A stretch of 63,596 bases of DNA, counting the filler, from Anaerolineae bacterium (GTDB taxonomy: Bacteria; Chloroflexota; Anaerolineae; B4-G1; DUEL01): assembly GCA_041082215.1 (NCBI GenBank). It is 14 parts of 14 records of this genome, joined end to end, with 100 filler letters (N's around TTAATTAATTAA, not from the genome) between each part and the next. Parts side by side here need not be neighbours in the genome. Positions count along the whole stretch, not along the records: positions 59,869 to 62,126 come from JBDOIF010000123.1; positions 62,227 to 63,596 come from JBDOIF010000162.1; 12 more parts are not named here. One strand, given 5' to 3'. This document shows positions 59,927-63,596 of the stretch, piece after piece. The notes under the pieces are model-generated. The model ran no database searches. It saw only the letters and a list, made by a program, of their open reading frames with translations, and was not told the origin of the DNA. Made by a program: the position numbers and the translations under genes. Position 1 is the first letter of the stretch; the number at the start of each line of letters is the position of its first letter.

Positions 59927-61425
59927 CTCTACTTTCCGCTAACTTGCCACGCCGCAGGGATTGAGGTATCCTCCTGACAAAGGCAGAACAAGAAAATCAG
60001 GAGGAAGGAATGGCCGCTGCTGTAGAACAAACCCTGCGTCTTTTGGAACAAATGGTTCAGGGCCTGCCGATTGGTACCAACCAGGCCCTGCTGTATCTGC
60101 TTTGGGCTCTCCTGTGCGGCGCTTTCCTGTATAGCCGGGGCGCCATCTTTCCCGCCCTCCAGAGCTTGGGCCTGACGGCGGCTCAAGTCCGCCGTTGTGG
60201 TCAGGCGCTCCGGAAGGGAGCGTGGGCAGTCGGCGATCTTCTTTCCCCCTTCCGGGCTTACGTCCTGGCCCAGGGCCGATGGCAAGCGCAACGGTACGAG
60301 GGCTTCCGGCCTCTGGCCGGGGACACGACGGCCTTCTGGCGTCCCCGTCTGAAGGGATGGGTCGGGAAGTTCTTCCACTCCCTGGCCGGGAAAGCCCTGA
60401 AAGGGATCGGCTTTGGTCTCCTGGTAGAGGTAGGAAATGTCGGAGGGCGGCGGATTCCCCTCCTGCGTCGTATCCTGCGGGCGGAAGAGGGGGATAACCA
60501 GGAGTTCCTGACCCGGCGGCTCTTGCGCGCCGCAGCCGCCGATCTGAAACCGGACGAGGTCCTGGTCTACGATGCGGGCGTCTCGGTCGCCGAGGTGCAG
60601 AAGGCCGGCGTCGCCCGATATGTCTTGCGAGTCCGGGAGAACTGTACCGCACGGCGGAACGAACTCCCCCAGCGCAAGCAACAGGGACATCCACCGGAGT
60701 ACGGCCCGTTGGTCCGTCCCCTGCCGCGCCGCTACCGGGGACGTACCATCCCGGCCACCCCTCCTGATGAAGAGCAAGAGTTCCATTACCAGGGGCGGGT
60801 CATCCAGGCGCAGGGATGGCACGACCTAGTACGGAGCGATCAGAAGGTCTCGGCCCAGAACGAGACTTTCAGCATCTGGGTCTTTCGAGACCCGCGCTAC
60901 CGGACGCCGCTGGTGCTGCTCACCAACCTCCTGGTGAGCGCCGAGACGGTTTTCCGCCTCTACCTGGACCGGTGGCCGGTGGAGCAGATTCCCCAGGTCG
61001 CCAAACCGCTCCTGGGGTTAGAGCGGCAATGGGTGTTTGCGCAGGAAAGCACCCGGCGCTTGCCGGAATTGGCACTGTTGGCCGCCAATGTGTTGCTCTA
61101 CCAGGCAGCGGTGTTACCGCCAGTGCCCACCGGCTTCTGGGATTGGCAGCCCCGACAAAGCCCAGGACGGCTGCGGCGGGTGCTGGAGCAGGCGGGATTT
61201 CCCAAAGATTACCCGTTGAACGGGCGAATTCGGGAAAAACGGTCGGTGACGGCCCATCTGCCGAAGGGAGTGGAGGCACATCGCCGCCACAAAGCCATTC
61301 CCAGGACCATCCCGGCTGCCTCATAGGCAGGAAAAGCCCACAATTTTGTGAAAGAGCAGGAAACCGGAGAACCCTCCGGCTAGTTCCCTTTTGCATCCAT
61401 CAACCAGGGTTAGCGGAAAGTAAAG
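59927..61425 (+). mobile_element. Complete IS4-superfamily insertion sequence with 17-bp terminal inverted repeats
   Basis: CTCTACTTTCCGCTAAC (59927-59943) and GTTAGCGGAAAGTAAAG (61409-61425), 16/17 match; no target duplication seen. Confidence 0.8.
60010..61326 (+). CDS. DDE transposase (IS4/IS701-like)
   Basis: GDTT, YDAG and YLDRWPVEQIPQVAK, the Y-2-R-3-E-6-K motif. Confidence 0.82.
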   Translation: MAAAVEQTLRLLEQMVQGLPIGTNQALLYLLWALLCGAFLYSRGAIFPALQSLGLTAAQVRRCGQALRKGAWAVGDLLSPFRAYVLAQGRWQAQRYEGFRPLAGDTTAFWRPRLKGWVGKFFHSLAGKALKGIGFGLLVEVGNVGGRRIPLLRRILRAEEGDNQEFLTRRLLRAAAADLKPDEVLVYDAGVSVAEVQKAGVARYVLRVRENCTARRNELPQRKQQGHPPEYGPLVRPLPRRYRGRTIPATPPDEEQEFHYQGRVIQAQGWHDLVRSDQKVSAQNETFSIWVFRDPRYRTPLVLLTNLLVSAETVFRLYLDRWPVEQIPQVAKPLLGLERQWVFAQESTRRLPELALLAANVLLYQAAVLPPVPTGFWDWQPRQSPGRLRRVLEQAGFPKDYPLNGRIREKRSVTAHLPKGVEAHRRHKAIPRTIPAAS

Positions 61426-61549
61426 TTGTATTGAAGTAGGGGGATAAGCCTATTTTCCGCACCTTGAAAACCGAATGGAGCGCGCAACTTGCAGGATCGC
61501 GATTTCTGTAGCAAGATAGGGAGCAACATCATCCCAAGGAGGCCTCCCG

Positions 61550-62126
61550 ATGCAGTTCAAAGCGCGATTCCGCCAGATTTCCATCCCGGCCTGGTTGCTG
61601 TGGGCCATCGTCTGTTGTGTCGTTCTGTTCGCCACGCCGGCGCAAGCGGCAGGTGATGATGGTGTAACGCCCCATCTGCCTGCGCTGACGGGCGTGGTCA
61701 TCCACGACCCACACAACGGCTGGCTCGTCCCCTGGCGGCCTCTTCACCGCCCCCGCCGCTGGTGGCGTAACGAGGCGCTCCGGCGCGTGCGTCGCGCCAT
61801 CCAACGGGCTCAGCGCCGCGCCCGGTGGTTCGCCTTCTGGACCGGTCTGGCCCTGAAGGGCGCACTGACGATGGCCGCCGTCGTTGACCTGCTCACCCGT
61901 GCCCAACTACGACGGCACGTAGGCACCCTGCCCGTACTCTACGCGCTCCTGGAGAGTCTCCGGGTGCGCCAGATCATCAACCGCCACTGTCCGACGGCGG
62001 CCGAGGTAGACCACGGCACGGTGGCCCTGGTCCTGATCCTCGACCGGCTGGCGGCCCCACGCCCCCTCTACCGCGTCGCCGACCGGCTTGCCCGCACCGT
62101 GTTGGTGCACACCCTGGGCGTGCCGG
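61550..62126 (+). CDS. IS1634-like transposase N-terminus (DUF4277-like), 3'-truncated
   Basis: HVG.LP.....L..L.....I...CP....VDHG.V...LIL.RL..P.PLYRV.. Confidence 0.6.
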
Positions 62127-62226
62127 NNNNNNNNNNNNNNNNNNNNNNNNNNNNNNNNNNNNNNNNNNNNTTAATTAATTAANNNNNNNNNNNNNNNNNN
62201 NNNNNNNNNNNNNNNNNNNNNNNNNN

Positions 62227-62459
62227 CGGCACAGGCGCAGGTAGAAGCGCAGTTTGGTCAGGTCGGTATCGGCCTGGTGGAGGAACGGCACAGGGTTATC
62301 GGCGCGGGCGGCTTCAATCAGCCGCTCCTGGAAGCGAAGCGCGGTGCGCTGCACCGCCTCCGCCAGCACGAACCGCTGGCTGCGCGGAAATTTGACCGTC
62401 ATCGGGATCAGCCAGCGGATCAGGTCATACGTGCGGGTGAAAATGGGCGATTCTCTCAC
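62227..62459 (-). CDS. avd: DGR accessory variability determinant Avd (four-helix bundle), 3'-truncated
   Basis: ESPIFTRTYDLIRWLIP...KFPRSQRFVL...L.QAD..L.KLRFYLRL; GTG start overlaps the RT stop (GTGA). Confidence 0.85.
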
Positions 62460-63526
62460 GGTCCCCTCCCTGGGACAGGTCTGGAAAGGATAGACCGGCG
62501 GAGCCGGTAGGTATTGCCGTGGGCAGCGTGGGCCACCCAGCCCTGGATGCGCCGTCTTAGGTCCTCGTAGGTCATCTCTCCCCGGGCCAGCGCTGCGTGC
62601 ATGCGGCGCAGCCGGCGCGCGAAGGCTACACCGTTGGCCCGCTTCAGCCGGCGGTGGGTGGGATAGACCCGGAAACCCAGGAACGGGATGCCGGTTGTCA
62701 CCGGATAGACGGTGCTCTCCCGCTCGTGCAGGGTGAGGCGCAGACTGCTCAGGAATTCCACGATCTCCCGCTTCCACACCCAGAGTTGCCGTTTGTTATC
62801 GGCAAAGAGCAGAAAGTCGTCCACGTACCGGACGTATCCCCTGCAGCGGAGTTCTCGCTGGACGAAGTGGTCCAGTGGATTGAGGTAACAGTTGGCCCAG
62901 AACTGGCTGGTCAGGTTGCCGATAGGCAATCCACGCGGGCGGAGCGGGGCGAAGAGGTCATCGCCGGGAAAGTAGACCATCTCGTACTCCTCGCTGAGCA
63001 CCCCGATGCCGCTCTCCAGGATGCGGTCAGCCAGCCACATCACGTCCGGGTCGGCAATTTTGCGGCCCAGGATGTCCCTGAGGACAGCGTGGTCAATGGA
63101 CGGGAAGAACTGGCGGATGTCGCACTGGAGGACGTAGGGGAAGCGGCGGGCGAACTCCTGGCAGCGGTCCAGCGCCCGGTGGGTGCCTTTGCCAACCCGG
63201 TTGGCATAGGAATCGGCGATGAAGGAGCACTCAAAGATCGGCTCAACGACCCGCACCAGGGCGTGGTGGACCACCCGGTCCCGGAAGGGGGCAGCGGAGA
63301 TAAGGCGGCGCTTGGGGTCGTGGATATAGAAGGAGCGGTAAGGGCCGGGCCGGTAGGTCTGGAGCGTGAGTTCCTTCTGCAGTTCCAGCAGATTGGCCTC
63401 CAGGTCAAACTCAAAGGCGGCGACGTTGGGCTGGCCTCGCTTCCCCCGCGCCGCCGCCCGGTAGGCCAGATAGAGGTTCTCGAAAGTGCAGATCTGTGGA
63501 TAGAGATGCTTGTATGTCTTCGCCAT
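62456..63526 (-). CDS. DGR-type reverse transcriptase
   Basis: 356 aa; PK.R.I.A..FRDRVVHHA, DI..FF.SIDH, GLPIGNLTSQ (DGR-type SQ), YVRYVDD, FLG; adjacent to avd. Confidence 0.9.
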   Translation of the reverse strand: MAKTYKHLYPQICTFENLYLAYRAAARGKRGQPNVAAFEFDLEANLLELQKELTLQTYRPGPYRSFYIHDPKRRLISAAPFRDRVVHHALVRVVEPIFECSFIADSYANRVGKGTHRALDRCQEFARRFPYVLQCDIRQFFPSIDHAVLRDILGRKIADPDVMWLADRILESGIGVLSEEYEMVYFPGDDLFAPLRPRGLPIGNLTSQFWANCYLNPLDHFVQRELRCRGYVRYVDDFLLFADNKRQLWVWKREIVEFLSSLRLTLHERESTVYPVTTGIPFLGFRVYPTHRRLKRANGVAFARRLRRMHAALARGEMTYEDLRRRIQGWVAHAAHGNTYRLRRSILSRPVPGRGP

Positions 63527-63596
63527 ATTCTCCCTTATCCGTAAATCCTGCCCATCCGCGTCCCCTGCGCGCTGCGCGCAAGGGGGGGGGGGGGGG

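Noticed and set aside
20554..62226. Recurrent TTAATTAATTAA flanked by Ns, as a biological repeat
   Set aside because: Thirteen identical 100-nt linkers with stops in all six frames; an assembly concatenation artefact. ORFs ending in X...LIN are also artefacts.
62456..63526. Group II intron or retron RT
   Set aside because: It has the SQ motif, is short, has no maturase or endonuclease extension, and is adjacent to avd, all pointing to a DGR.
617..63544. Long antisense or alternative-frame ORFs (e.g. 6810-8306, 24083-25669, 42459-43934, 54606-56456)
   Set aside because: Shadow ORFs expected in high-GC DNA, overlapping well-supported genes and lacking recognisable motifs.
58711..63596. A single mobile-element island containing IS110, IS4, IS1634 and the DGR
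   Set aside because: These lie on three separate contigs, so their proximity comes from concatenation.

Overview
This GC-rich bacterial window is not continuous. It is 14 contigs joined by 13 artificial 100-nt linkers (N44-TTAATTAATTAA-N44), so adjacency across a linker is meaningless. Gene content (RibXY-type transporter, HAMP-GAF expansions, large GT-C membrane proteins) suggests Chloroflexota/Anaerolineae, which is an inference. The longest contig (1-20553) carries a 10-gene amino-sugar catabolic operon, mutM, proteases, an FMN-riboswitch-controlled ABC transporter, and a low-GC cyclase gene ending in an integron attC site. Later contigs hold a ttrBCA/srdBCA-like oxidoreductase, glycosyltransferases, GAF proteins, an Mrr-nuclease/FGE-sulfatase fusion with a TPR kinase, five transposases, and the RT and Avd genes of a diversity-generating retroelement (DGR). 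Best observations: (1) a complete IS110 element whose ends, CC core, junction promoter and bridge-RNA guide loops can all be read from the sequence, inserted in and apparently programmed against an attC site; (2) an inferred alpha-1,4-galactosamine-polymer catabolic pathway running through tagatose-6-P to fructose-6-P; (3) a DGR fragment; (4) an Mrr-FGE fusion missed by the ORF track.
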